Notes: generated by a model from the letters alone, not told the origin. Positions 1-13,389 are shown, counted from the first letter of the stretch. The stretch: 64,000 nt of DNA from Lytechinus pictus (GCF_037042905.1 NC_087250.1:8372001-8436000), one strand, 5' to 3'. Program-made: numbers and translations.

Positions 1-1270
1 GACTGCCCCAGCGAGGGAGGAAGTTGTCCGTCGACACCGAAGTGGGCGGGGGAGAAGTGTGAAGTGGCTTGCCAAACGACAGCGAGTCTACACCAGGCAT
101 GTAATGGCAAAGAAGATGCCTCTGGAATAGCCTAAAGTGTAGGCGACAGTCTGATAACATGTTGGCTAAACCGGCCATGTATCCACAGAGGGAGCGAGCG
201 GGGGATGTGATTGACCATACCCAGTCAGAAATGGGTTGGGTGAACTGGCTGAGAATGATTAACTCCATGCCCCAGCAAACGAGACGCGGGAGTTGAAGAC
301 AACCCCTAACTCCTGAGCTACCCGAAGGAGTAGGGTGAGGTTACACCTCGGAGTCTGTGACGAGAAGCCAGTTGTTTAGATAAACGAACAGCTGCAGGGC
401 TCTGCTTCGCCAATCCCAGACTGAGCGGGAGGGTCCGGTGTCGATACATCTTATCTGAAAGCCCCAGTAATTCCTGCAAATCAGGATGAATGGGGGCGTG
501 AAAATAAACGTCCTGTAAGTCAAGGGAGACGGCAAGGTCTGACGCCTGTAGCAACAGAGGATAGGAGCCAATTTTTCTATTCGGAATGCTCCAAAGAAAT
601 TGAAAAGTTTCAAGTTAACATCCTCAATTTGCCCAAGCATTAAGGGGTAAAAAATTGGGGATAAGACAAAGATGTGGATTGTCTGTTACTCTCTCGATCG
701 CATCCTCTCCAGTAGTATGGCAATCTCAGTCACGATGTACTGTTGGAGGAGGATGGGGAAGACCACCTCACCGTGACATTGGAACGAGGCTTCTATATAA
801 AAAAGAAGCTGTCCCGCGCGGCGGATAGGGTGAATGCGTCACCTGTTACTCCTGTGCGTAAAGGAAGTGGCAGAGACACCCACCAACTGGACCCCATGCT
901 TGGGGCAGTCTGTCAAACAGACTGCTTGGGCTTGGCTAAAGCCCCGGCGGCTGACCGCCCACCTCTATCCTTGCCACCATGGGTAACTTCAGCCTGTGGT
1001 CTGGTTTATGATCGGCGGACCAATGGGGAGCTAGTCCAGGACTGAGACTCGGAGACACACCCTCGGGGCAGGCTTCCTTGTGGAAGGCACCGATGGGTGG
1101 GAGACCTTGAGTTCTATAAATGAGCTCGGCACCTGCTTGTAATCAATCCCTTCTTTGAAAAGTGAGGCCGCTCCTCCCCCGAAGAAGTCCTTGGGAATAA
1201 TCAACTTTAAAAAGTAGCTGTTCCCATCAGGCAAACCACGCCATGCCAGCCGCAGTGGCACATGTAGGCT
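1..1270 (-). mobile_element. Degenerate DIRS-like (tyrosine-recombinase retrotransposon) reverse transcriptase region, frameshifted; the element probably extends upstream to ~3 kb
   Basis: Minus-strand remnants appear in DIRS RT order: PVGGCL (PVGGRL-like, ~890), EIAILLE/DAIERV (~700-730), NLKLFNFF..FRIEK (ORF 341-640) and SLDLQDVYFHAPIHP..YRHRTLPLSL (ORF 318-554; compare DLKDAYFHxPIHP..YQFxxLPFGL). The motifs are split across frames. Confidence 0.75.
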
Positions 1271-1630
1271 GTATTCACTGACCTGTAAACCCGGCAGGGC
1301 TCCAGGAAGTGAGTAAGCTCAACCGCTGAGCAAGTATGGTGCCCATTTTGGAGATCCGACCTCTCTACAGCAGAGAACTCTGGGAAAAGTGGTGCCTAGT
1401 CTAGCCCTCACACGATAGAGTTGGGGAGAGTAGGAATTGTGGAAAAACAAGCCTTCTAATTTTATAAATAGAAAAGGAAGATTATGTCAAAGCCTGGCGG
1501 CATCCCCGCGAGAACGGCGCGTGTGTGGGCCTGGTACGCTGGCCTCTCGGATGCAGCCTTAAAATCCCTAATGAGCGAGGTGCCCGAGGCAGAAAAGAGG
1601 GATTCTTCCTCTCCATCTACGGGACCACTC

Positions 1631-2129
1631 GGGGGGGGGGGGGGGTGGTAGATGTGAGGAAGGTTCCCCTGGAGGAGCTCAGTGGCATCCTGTGCGGCAA
1701 GCGAGAGCTGTATAGCCAGGCGAGTCTGTAAATGGTTCTTCGGACATAACCTGCACAGCCCCGTAGATGACTCATGGCCAGATTCGGAAGTCTGTCAACA
1801 GACTGGGACGAAAACCTGTGTGTTGGTAGCACCTGCGTATTAGGGGGGGGGGGGTTTCTCGTGGAGATGAGATGAGTGGGCCGGGGGGGGGGGGTAGATG
1901 TGAGGAAGGTTCCCCTGGAGGAGCTCAGTGGCATCCTGTGCGGCAAGCGAGAGCTGTATAGCCAGGCGAGTCTGTAAATGGTTCTTCGGACATAACCTGC
2001 ACAGCCCCGTAGATGACTCATGGCCAGATTCGGAAGTCTGTCAACAGACTGGGACGAAAACCTGTGTGTTGGTAGCACCTGCGTATTAGGGGGGGGGGGG
2101 TTTCTCGTGGAGATGAGATGAGTGGGCCG
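1631..2129. repeat. Near-perfect 246-bp tandem duplication bounded by poly-G runs
   Basis: gtagatgtgaggaaggttcc starts at 1648 and again at 1894. ORF 1617-2138 shows the same ~82-aa block twice. Confidence 0.9.
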
Positions 2130-3751
2130 GCAATTCATGCCGAATCACTAGAGACTCTCCAGTGTGTGGGATGGCGGGCATGTGCTTAATCTGCTCGGAG
2201 CTTGAGGACATCGGCGACAGAAGCTGATGTGGAGCGTGGGGGAACAAGCCCGCACCGCTTGATGGCGTTCTGGGGCAACATATAAAGTTACCACACCTGG
2301 CCATGGGCACAAGAATCAGAAAAAAGGTCTGCCCGAGATAACGAGGTTTACAAGCTTAGTTTTCCTCTTCTTTTTTTGCAGGCTCTGCCGAGAGAGCAGA
2401 AGGTACAGGAGACTGGGGAGAGCGAGTTTTCTTTGCGGCGGCAGAGAAGATATGTCTCCCATATCTGAGTGACGGGTAAGATTTTTGCGTCAGCCCGACG
2501 GGGTAGAACTCCTGTGTCTCCTATGAAGGGCTGGTATCCATGTGCTGATGGTCCCTTAGGGAGGCTGACAAAGCATCAAACCTAGTCGATGCCGAGAAAA
2601 GAGTCCTTCGCTCTTATCCCAGTCTTGTTGACCCGATAGCCGATGGGTCGAGCAGCCCTGGAGGATAAGTTTTTTAATCTAGTACAGACTTCTCCCCAAA
2701 AGAGTTCCCGACGAGGGATCCTTGGCTATCACTTGGTGGGTGCGTGGCCGCAACTCCACGATTCCACATTATTCTCTCAGGTGCGTGACCGTCTAGGGCA
2801 CATGGACACGCAAATCCATGGCTCCTCCCTTCTTTTCTTGGGCACGAGCAGACGCAAAGAGTCTCTCTCTGTTTGCCTCATACTCACTACCGCTGATCGC
2901 GGGGAAAAAAAACAAACTTCAGATTGGTTCTTCCCCCAACAGCAGTTATGGTATCGTCAAGGGATGAGCTGGATACACTCATCTTCTTGGAAAGTTCTTA
3001 AGTCTGAAAGAACAAAAGAGGGATGAAAGGAAGGATGGGGGGAGAAGAAGGAAAAAGATTCCAAGGTCCCCCTATGGGAAAGAACAGCTGAGAAGCTAAA
3101 ACCTAAAGAAGGATTAAAGTAAATAATGAAAACGTAGTCAGAAATGCTAAATATTAAAACAAGACAAGGTTTCTAAAAACCAAGTCCAAAGACAAAGGGC
3201 TAAGAAGAATACCTGAGAGAGAAAAACATTTTTTTTTTCAAATCAAGACGAGCTGAAGTCGCTAATTAATCAAGCGAGATAAGGTTTTCTAAAACTAAGT
3301 CCGAAGACGAGATAATAGGACAACCATCTGTGAGAAAAAAACAATTTTTTATTGACTAATTAAGACGAACAGAAGCTGTTTACTAATTAAATGATACAAG
3401 GCATCTTAAGCCAAAGTCCAAGGACAAAGGGTTAAGAAGATCACCTGTAAGAAAAAAAGAAAGTATTTATGTTTCAATTCATTAATATGAACCAAGTGTC
3501 GCTAATTAATTAAGCAAAAATACTGCTTCAAAAGAACAGGTCAAATGACAGAAGAAGCCCTCCTGAAACACACCAAAAAAAATATGACAGATTAATTACC
3601 GTTAATTCATTAAAAACAATAGAAGGTTTCTGAGAAACAAAGTCCAAAGACAAGGAAATTTAAAAAAGAAGACCATCTGGAAGAAAAAAAATTTCAAGGC
3701 AGAAGACCGTCCGTAAGTAAGAAAATTTGTAAATTAATAACATAGATTAAC

Positions 3752-4440
3752 CCTAAAAGGACTGTGCTATTTGAGACGTATTGAGGACTGGATGGGGACC
3801 ATGATGGCCCCCCTTCTGATCTCGGCCGCCGTTTGCGCGATCGCACCGAAAAGTGGCACACACATTCTTTACCGCATAAACTACAAACCAGTATAAAATA
3901 ATTTTGGAAATAAGTATTTTTTCGTTTATCATGAATAGAATATGCAGATTTATTCGTGAAAACCATTATTGACATTTAAACACACAATTTTAGTTCAAAT
4001 TTTCCAGATGTCATCTTTGTAAAAAGATTTAAAGGTTCCCACAAAACAAAATTGCAAAAACCAATTTTTCCTTTTAAATATGTATTTCTTTGTTTTTAGA
4101 ATTTCTTATGTATTTCTTTCTTTTTTCATCTTTTTTTTCATTGTTTTTTCAATGTAAATTATTACATACCATTTAACAACTGAATTAAACCCTAAATTAA
4201 GCAGACCAATTAGAATGAAAAATAATCACCCTTATATGAATTTCATCTCCCATAGACTTTGTACACAAAGTATAAATATGAGCAATTTTCCGCATGACAT
4301 TGTCCTGTAAAAAGTTATGTAGCGTCGCGACGCTATACCTGTATGTCGCAAATTTGGTCTAAAAAAATGCGCGAGAATCGAAAGAAAAAATTCATAAACT
4401 ATTGCTGCGCTGCCTTCTTGCGCTTTGAAAATATCACAGG
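3752..4440. mobile_element. Truncated piggyBac-like non-autonomous element fragment
   Basis: TTAA|CCCT start at 3748-3755. The internal gatctcggccgc..gatcgc..gaaaa.tggcac motif is similar to the reverse complement of the 58510-59280 element. Confidence 0.4.
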
Positions 4441-5380
4441 AAGCTGTAGATAAGGCTGTAAATAAAGTATTCATTAATCAAATCCATACTCAGCAATGGC
4501 AAGACAACTCCACCTAGCTAAATAAATTCAAGACAAGGCATGAAAAGATTCAAAGCAAAGCAAGAATTCAAAAGGTAGCGTCGCACATAAAGCACTGAAC
4601 GCAAAAAAAAAATTAGTAACACGACACGTTTGGGTGAGAAAGCATAAAGCGTCCCATCTGCTATGACTGATGAGAGGCAAAGCAACACCTGGGAAAAAGA
4701 GATACAAAATATTATCAAAATTCTTGTAAGGACCCACATACATAAGACAACATCACAAATCATAACAAAACCCATAAGGGTAAGATTGTGAGTTGCTAAA
4801 TGTGTAAAAAGCGCTATAAACGTAAAAAAAAATTGCTAGATTTAAGAGCATTTACATGTAGCTGAACATCCATGATCCATTTATGATGGAGGGCAAAACA
4901 GAAAGAGGAAGTATGGCTTCCCTTATATGATGGGCCGTGTACAAGGGCAGGGTAGACTGCGTGCTGGCGCAAAGAATTGGTGTACCCTTCGGATGGTCTG
5001 CGCTTATTACAGCAGAACTTAAAAATAACAGGCAGGTTCAAATTCAATTTATTCTTGATTATTCATTAAAACATAATCAAATTTTATGTTCGCATATACA
5101 ATATATTGATATCATTACAAGAAAAGGACTAAAGGAGGGCAACAAAAAAAGTTTACACTTGAAAAAAAAGCCTCCAAAAATATGTTTATTGAAGTAAATT
5201 ATCAAACCAAACATTTTGACTTGTCAACTGATGCAAGAAAAACACATGCTATTAACAGTTATACCAACACAATGCAAGAAAAAAATTACCATAGAAATGT
5301 GGATTATTTAAGCATCAGCAAGAACTTAGCTGATTTAAAAATGTAATATCTTGTAATGGTTGGCAGCTCAGTATGTACTG

Positions 5381-5684
5381 GGCCCCGTCTTACAAAGAGT
5401 TACGATTGGTCCCATCAATCGTAACTCTATGGAATTCCATCAGTGTCATAATTTTTTCTACAGAAAATTTGCACAATGTCTTTTGAAAACAAAAAGTACA
5501 GCAAGTTTTCAAGAAAACAAGGAATGTACGAATATGCATCATTGTTAGAAAATGTTTGAACAAACATGAATAATTATAGTTGCTGTTGCTGGCTTTCCAT
5601 AGTTGCGATTGAGGCAATCAATTGCAACTATGGAAAGCAAGCAACAGCAACTATAATTAGTTTTTGTCTTTGTAAGACGGGACC
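5381..5684. mobile_element. PIF/Harbinger-type MITE
   Basis: TIRs ggccccgtcttacaaaga / tctttgtaagacgggacc with a 3-bp TSD CTG. Absent at the paralogous site near 35560. Confidence 0.8.
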
Positions 5685-5743
5685 CTGTTCTGTCCCAATG
5701 AACTCAGAGGCTTGCAAATATTTTCCTGCATGCTCGTACTTAC

Positions 5744-5817
5744 TGTATTCAAATTCTCTTTGTGTAACTCATTCTTCTCTGTATGACATGGATCGGGATT
5801 ATGAACATCAGAAGATC
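5744..5817 (-). CDS. Paralogue A coding exon 3 (linker, GSSDVHNPDPCHTEKNELHKENLNT)
   Basis: ttctctag acceptor and GTAAGT donor, phase 1 to 0. Conserved with paralogue B exon 35701-35622 apart from substitutions and a 6-bp in-frame indel. Confidence 0.75.
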
Positions 5818-6769
5818 CTAGAGAAGAAGAGATGGATTACTAACTTCACAAAGTCATATATATATTAATATAGAGTGGGCACCAGGCATGAGTAATTGCT
5901 GACGCATGGCCAGCCTTGCATCCGGTAATTACTTATGCATGCTTTATTTACCGGATGCATGGCAAGCCAGGTGTCAGTAATTACTTATGCATGGTTGTAC
6001 AAAATTGATTTTTTTTTCCCCAGAAAATTCCACCATCATATAAAACAAATGATACACAGGTTTGTTTGTGCATCGGTCGGGCTACTGAGCACGCGGTTAC
6101 TATGGAAACTAGTCTAAACCCACTTGGCTGAGCCTTGTGGGTTAAACACTTCCATAGTTACCTAATGCCCACAAAACTGAATATCACTTAATGCCGTCGC
6201 CGTTGCTCATTTACCAAATTACATACTCACTCGACTTCAATTGTTTTGTAACATAATCTTCTGGAATCATCATGTTCAAACAATGAACCAAGTTCAATTA
6301 CAATCGATCAGCAACATTTTTATTCTGACTCTGGACAATTGAGATCCTTCATACAACACTTGACTCATTAGGCCTTTATACCTGAGAGACAATTGAAAAT
6401 CACTTTAAAATTTAGCAGGGAATAATTTTGATTTACAAATTTGAATAACACTTTTGGTCATAAGAGAAAAGCTCTCAACTAAGTAATGTACAGTCCTATG
6501 GAAAAATATGCTGTACAAAAGACTTTATGCATAGCACTCTTTAAAAAATGTGGAGCAAATTCTGATGCCAGGAAAACTATTCCCTGTTCAGTGAGTAACT
6601 TTCACCAAGGTGACATTATTTTTATTTTCAAAGTACACAAAAAACAATGTACCTTTGCATAAACTGCCAAAAACAATATCTGTCAATAGAGCAAATCACA
6701 ATTTCAGTGTGACCTTCTGTTGATTTTATATTGCTAGGTTACATGTAGAAACATGTCAAATTCACAAAC

Positions 6770-6865
6770 CTCTCGACTCTGTCCCCTTATCCTCACTTTC
6801 TTCTAAGATCTCCTTCTGTAATCCCTGCTGACGCTGCATGAACATTGGTGGGTTGACCTGTACCC
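6770..6865 (-). CDS. Paralogue A coding exon 2 (aKRAB C-terminal part, GVQVNPPMFMQRQQGLQKEILEESEDKGTESR)
   Basis: cacag acceptor and GTTTGT donor, 96 bp, phase 1-1. The G-x4-P-P-x-F-M motif resembles the PRDM9 KRAB continuation (P.PAFM). Conserved in paralogue B. Confidence 0.8.
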
Positions 6866-7334
6866 CTGTGTATATAAAACAATTTTTTTTTCAATGTTGG
6901 TATGAAACACCTTTATTGACAAAAATCAAATTGAACATTGTTCAAACAAATTTTCAATGAAAAGATAATAGGATACACGTAATCTGATTATTTATAATGC
7001 GCTTAAGATATACATTGAACGTATCTAAGCGCTTACAGATTTATTTGTTACACCTGTCAATAGAATCATTCATTCCTGTACACAACGTATGCACATTCTC
7101 CACTCCCTGTGGAGTTTTCCAGCATATAATAAAGAAAATGCCCAATAATAGTTACATTTACATTGCGCTTCATATGACCCTGGTCATCAGATCCTGGCAT
7201 GCCCACACACAATTTACAGTATGCACTTTCTCCACTCCCTGGGAGTATTCAAACAAGAGCTCCTAGACAAAATATTTAGGCATACTAAATTGACTTTCAC
7301 ATCCTACCGGGTAGGCCTACCCATATAACACTTG

Positions 7335-7496
7335 GGCCCCATTGCATAAAAGTTACTAATATGGTAACTTTGCAATCCAATGGTTACTACATGTACCGTG
7401 GTAACAATGATCAACTGCCAATCAAAATCAAGGATTCCATGAAAGATGCCATTTCATGGCAGTTTCCATAATAATAAGTTTTATGCGACGAGGCCC
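7335..7496. mobile_element. Harbinger-type MITE shared by paralogues A and B (copy at ~40663-40816)
   Basis: ggccccattgcataaaa ... ttttatgcgacg(a/g)ggcc TIRs, with CTG flanks in the B copy. Confidence 0.6.
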
Positions 7497-8386
7497 TGGA
7501 TGGAGAGTGGCACAGTAGGGATGGACGCCTTGCCAAAGGAAGCAGGGCTGAAGTGGGATTCACACACGTGACAAGTGGCCTAGCTTCAAAGAATTTAAGG
7601 CCTGGACTACCAATGTTGCATAAAAGATCACCTCAAGATTCCTCAAACAAAAGAGATAAGACTATAGTTTGCTGACATTACTACTATGTCAAATAGTTGT
7701 CACTTTACATGTAGGTTGTTGTGAGCATGGAAAAGACATAATAGAACCAAACTTCAGTGACTCAATTGATGAAATTCTATTGGGTAATTTCTGTAAGTAC
7801 GTCCGACCCCATGTTTGTGGGACCTTCAAGAAATTTTCTGTCTCTGATTTCTTGTTCTTCTGACAGTCTGTAATGCTATCAAATGATTATGAATTGGTCA
7901 TTTTATGAAGTGATGTAAAACTTGAGAAAAATGGGGGTCGGATGTGCAAAAAAGGTTCATTATTTTATAGAATTGCCCTATTGACAACTTATTGTACCTA
8001 TATGTTTCTCTCATGACCCCCAAATTTGCAACATTCCCCCCCCCCCCCCCGAAATAATGAATGGACAAAAGTACCATTGACAAATTACTGCACTATGTAT
8101 GACTGCGTGTATCATAACTAATATTGCACACAAGCCAAACTTAAGTCTGGTAGGCGACTGACTTAGATTTAAGAAAAATACTTAGCCAAAAATACAGTTG
8201 AATACCAAAGATGGTTAAGTTTTACTCAAACAAAAATGCTGAGTAAAATACTTAATATTCTGGCCTAGGAATCAAATTGAATACCAGCCTAGGTCTTGAA
8301 TTATTCTAAGGAACAAAATTTCAATGGTTAAATTTTTTTTTTCCAATGAATGGAGAAAAGTTCTTCTGACAAATTACTGCACCTAC

Positions 8387-8522
8387 CAACTTCTATCATC
8401 ATCTCATAGTTTTCCTTGACATTCTGGATACAAATCCTCTCATAATCGCTGATATCTGCCCATTCATTGGCTGTGAAGTAAACCTGGACATCTGAATATT
8501 CATCTATCTTTGGCAAAGGCAT
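8387..8522 (-). CDS. Paralogue A first coding exon: ancestral KRAB (PRDM9/SSX-type aKRAB) domain
   Basis: MPLPKIDEYSDVQVYFTANEWADISDYERICIQNVKENYEMMIEV|G matches the KRAB-A pattern D-V-x-V-Y-F-T-x-x-E-W...N-V-K-x-N-Y. It has a GCCACCATG Kozak context, an in-frame upstream TAA, an acceptor before 8570 and a GTAGGT donor. Confidence 0.85.
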
Positions 8523-10143
8523 GGTGGCATCACTTTACTTGGAAGCCGAAGTGAAGGTACCAAGATTTTCCTAGGATGGAGAAGGATGGAGTACCAATTA
8601 GTCTCATGCTTTATTTAGGATTCTTGCTCATACCCCCCAATCCCCTTCTCATGGCTGTATCAAAGGTCTATCCCCAGATACACAATTTCAGAGACAGTCT
8701 CCAGTTTGGTAGACCTATTTCCTTTGTTTACATTTGTTGCAAAAGGATTACCTTGGCGGCAAATAAAAATGTGATAAGCAGATTCCTTATGAAAAATTAC
8801 CCCTTTTCACCCTGTACTTTAAAAATTCACCATCAACTTTTGTTTTGATAAGGATTTTTAGTGTCACCCACACAAAACAAATGGGCTTCCGACCTCAGTG
8901 AGACAAAATTTTGGGTCATGGGTGGAAAAAATTATGCTTTTGTTGGTGTTCGTTTTGTTCTTTTGCGAAGCAAAGAGACATTCTCCCATATTGGAGAGGG
9001 TCTCCGATATTGGCCGTGCGCCTCTACTAGTGAATGGGGATTTTATAGTCTAGAAAAATGTAAGAAATTGTTAAATAAATTTAAAAAACGATGGTTATTC
9101 TTGTCTAAACTCTGCCATGTGATTCGACATCCATTTTATTTTATGTAGCCCTATACAATTTTGCAGCAGTGCGCCGCTCGACGGTCCAACTCAAAGTTTA
9201 ACAAAAAGGTGTCACAATGCCAGAGATCAGCGACTCAGCTCAGCCTTGCAAAGTAGCAAGTTGCAGAGTCGAGAGACGCCACAAAGCCAAACAAAGGCAA
9301 AGGCGCAGCAAGCCCACCCATGGGTGCATTACTGCAGCCGTGTACAGGAAAATTGAAGGCACAGCGCATGCAAAATTGCAACAAACTCCTGCGAATTTCA
9401 GAAGAGGATTTATAAAATCAAGCCCTCCTACGAAACTTACCAAACGATGTTAAGTCAATTCCCCGTATTATGATGAATATCCCTTAAATAGCGTCATTTA
9501 AGGGATGATTTTTCTGCTCGTTGACAAAACACGGAGCTTGCTTGTATTTCCCCAATTTTTTGTCTAATTAGCTAAAGAGGGCACGCGATCTATCTTCATA
9601 TCAAAGACACTATAAGGGAAAGACTAGGCACAAAAACTATTTTCCACGTAAATCTAGGCAAAGCGTTACGCGAAGTCGGCAAAGTGTCCAATCTTTTTAC
9701 TGTAAAGACTTTGGTGGAAGTTTATTGCAGGGTGACCAGACGTCCCGTATTTCCCATGATCGTCCCATATTTTGCTCCTTTGTCCCGACAAACCCTTCCC
9801 GGGATGCCTATTTGTCCCGTATTTCAGAATTTTGTGGCAGGCTGCTATAGCTAGGAATGTAGGATCTGAGGAGATTCTCAATGGTGCAACAATCTCACAT
9901 GATAAACACTTTTTCCACCAAAATAATCACAAAATCGGCGGGAAATTTTTGTAATTATATTATGGATTCTCGGATTACTAATTTGGAGCTGTAATCGGAG
10001 GAACAAGTTATTGAGTTTTCATAACTAGATCTAGTTGTTTCGGCTTTCGTTTTGAGTCTTGTTCCTGGTCTTATTATGAAGTTTGACAATGTTTCACTTT
10101 GATATTTTATTCATTTCTAAAACATTATAGTTTTTTTTTATTT

Positions 10144-12592
10144 AAACAAGTGGAACGCCTCTGGCAGTCTCGCCTGCATTACGCGATTTAATATAGCAGT
10201 TCTAACTTTGAAAACTACTATAAAATAATCATTCACAAAAACACCATTCATATAATTGAACAATTGAACACTTCTTTTACTTCTGTAATTTTAGTAGAAA
10301 TATTTGGAGTAAAATAGAAACGTGGATATCATCTCCTATGTTTATTCTTACATTTACTCCACAGAATATTTTGTTTGGATATAAAGAAAAGCGAAATGAT
10401 GCCCTGAATTGTATTATCATTTTAGTAGAACAACAATTATATTTCTCGAGGTTGAACAAGACTGTACCTGATTTTAAGAAGATTAAGAAGGTAATACAAA
10501 ATTATTATTTGGATGAATGTTACATTTGTGATCTGAATGGAAAAAGGAAAGATTTTAATTTGAAATGGAGTATGTTGAAACATTTGTTTGAATAATGTTT
10601 ATAATTTGACTTCTGTAAACGTGTTCTTTTTTTGTAAATAAACTTGCCCATTGGGGCAAAAGTAAGACTTGTCAACTACACCCATGTCCACATTTCATTC
10701 ACTCTATCCATAAACTTTCAAAGTTATGATGGCAATTCAACAATTACCCCAACATGGCCTAAGTTTATTGACCTTAACTGACCTTTGACCTTGGTTTTGT
10801 GACCTGAAACTCACAGGGGATGTTCAGTGATACTTGATTACTCTTATATCCCAAGTTTTATGAACTAGATCCATAAACTTTCAGAGTTAGGATGGTAATT
10901 CAACAAATACCCCCAACACGGCCAAAGTTCATTGACCTTTAATGACCTTTAACCATGGTCATGTGACCTGAAACTCGTACAGGATGTTCAGTGATATTTG
11001 ATTACTCTTATGTCCAAGTTTTATGAACTAGAACCATAAACTTTCAGAGTTAGGATGGTAATTTAACAATTACCCCGAACACGGCCAAAGTTCATTGACC
11101 TTTAATGACCTTTAACCATGGTCATGTGACCTGAAACTCGTACAGGATGTTCAGTGATACTTGATTACTCTTATATCCCAAGTTTTATGAACTAGATCCA
11201 TAAACTTTCAGAGTTAGGATGGTAATTTAACAAAGACCCCCAACACGGCCAAAGTTCTGAGACCTTAAATGACCATTGACCAGGGTCATGTGACCTGAAA
11301 CTCGCAAAGGATATTCAGTGGTACTTGATTAACCTAATGTCCAAGTTTCATGAACTAGATCAATAAATTTTCAAAGTTATGATGGTAATTCAACAAATAC
11401 CCCCAACTTGGGCAAAGTTCATTGACCCTAAATGACCTTTGACCTTGGTCATGTGACCTGAAACTCAGGCAGAATGTTCACTAATACTTGATTAACCTTA
11501 TGTCCAAGTTTTATGAACTAGATCCATATACTTTCTAAGTTATGATGTCATTTCAAAAACTTAACCTTCGGTTAAGATTTTGAAAATAATTCTCCCAACA
11601 TGGTCTAAGTTCATTGACCCTAAATGAACCTTAAAACAAGTGGAATGCCTCTGGCCGTCTCACCTGCATCACGCGATTCAATATAGCAGCAGTGCTGATT
11701 TTGAAAACTACTATAACTCGCACAAGATGTTCAGTGATACTTGGTTACTCTTATTTCCACGTTTTATGAACTAGACCAATACACTTATAGAGATATGATG
11801 GCAATTCAACAAATACCCCCAACGTGGCCAAAGTTCTTTGACCTTACATGACCTTTGACCTTGATCATGTGACCTGAAACTCGCACAGGATGTTCAGTGA
11901 TACTTGATTACTATTATGTCCAAGTTTTATGAACTAGACCAACACACATTCAAATTTATGGCTGTAATTCAACAAATACCCCAATTTGGCCAAAGTTCAT
12001 TGACCCTAAATGACCTTTGACCTTGATCATGTGACCTGAAACTTGCACAGGATGTTCAGTAATACTTGATTACTATTATGTCCAAGTTTCATGAATCAGA
12101 TCCATAAACTTTCAAAGTTATGATGGTAATTCAACAGATACCCCCAATTCGGCCAAAGTTCATTGACCCTAAATGACCTTTGACCTTGGTCATGTGACGT
12201 GAAACTCATGCAGGATGTTCAGTGATACTTGATTAACCTTATGTATAAGTTTCATGAACTAGGTCCATATATTTTCTAAGTTATGATGACATTTCAAAAA
12301 CTTAACCTTAGGTTAAGATTTTGATGTTGATTCCCCCAACATGGTCTAAGTTCATTGACCCTAAAATGACCTTTGACCTTGGTCATGTGACATGAAACTC
12401 AGGCAGGATGTTCAGTAATACTTGATTAACCTTATGGCCAAGTTTCATGAACTAGGTCCATATACTTTCTAATTCTAAGTTGTGATGTCATTTTAAAAAC
12501 TTAACCTTAGGTTAAGATTTGATGTTGACGATGCCGCCGCCGTCGGAAAAGCGGCGCCTATAGTCTCGCTCTGCTATGCAGGCGAGACAAAA
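10144..12592. mobile_element. Two adjacent Helentron-associated (HINE/DINE-1-like) elements with internal ~163-bp tandem repeats
   Basis: Each starts aaacaagtggaa.gcctctggc.gtctc.cctgcat (10144, 11634). The 3' end gtctcgctctgctatgcaggcgagacaaaa supplies the subterminal inverted repeat and a hairpin. Flanks are A-runs, with no obvious TSD. Confidence 0.65.
10258..10640 (+). mobile_element. 5'-truncated L1/Tx1-type LINE ORF2 3' end inserted in the HINE
   Basis: ORF 10338-10595 ILFGY...LNCIIILVEQQLY.SR...F..KW resembles the L1/Tx1 ORF2 C-terminus and is followed by aataaa. Confidence 0.6.
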
Positions 12593-13083
12593 AATATATT
12601 AAAAAACACCAAATATCATTATGATTTTTGTTAGATTGTTTGCTTGAAGTTTGAACTTTTTTTCTTCTTTCTTTTCTATCCTTCTTTCTTCCTGCTCAGT
12701 CAGTCCGCAAGCCCTGAAAAAGTAGCTTCTTTTATCCAAGTGATATTCATGACAAGAGGGTTTTTGCATAGTTAATGAGCTTGGTGCGAACCAAAACACC
12801 TCTTTTTATTCGGCCATTGCTGCTCTAAATATTGACCAAATTTCATGTTTTTGGTATCTTTGTAAAGAAGAAGAATCATTCTTTTAGGTCATGTGTTTGG
12901 ATTTTTAAAAGAATGTTGTAATATAGGAAAAACTTTTGATCAAAAACATGAAACAAAATATTTTTTTTCATGCAACAAAAGTTGTTGTTTTCACACTTAA
13001 TTTCTGTTTAGGCACAAATGATTTTTAAATCATGATAAAGCTGAAGATCTAAGCTTTAATGTAATATAATTTTATAAGAAGAT

Positions 13084-13389
13084 GTATTTTAGATGGGTCA
13101 GCAGCCAGCTTTTCATAGGCCAAGTACATTTGGCAGCTCAAAAACAAGAATACTGCGCTCTGATTGGTCATAGACCACACACCCACGCAAATTCCAATGT
13201 TCCCCACACTGGGCCTCTGCAAGGTCACACTCACCATGTGGTAAATCTCTTCAAATTACCCGCGTCTGTTTGTTTTGAAAACAGTATTCAGCCAATCAGA
13301 ACTCTGGATTTTATGTTACTCAGAAATTTCAGAAATCTCGTCTTGCATCTTGATGGAAATAACTGGCTGCTGACCCATCTAAAAGATGC
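13084..13389. mobile_element. Palindromic MITE
   Basis: ttttagatgggtcagcagccag ... ctggctgctgacccatctaaaa inverted termini. Confidence 0.55.

Noticed and set aside
10700..12500. CRISPR-like repeat array
   Set aside because: These are whole-unit ~163-bp tandem repeats without unique spacers, in eukaryotic DNA with no cas genes.
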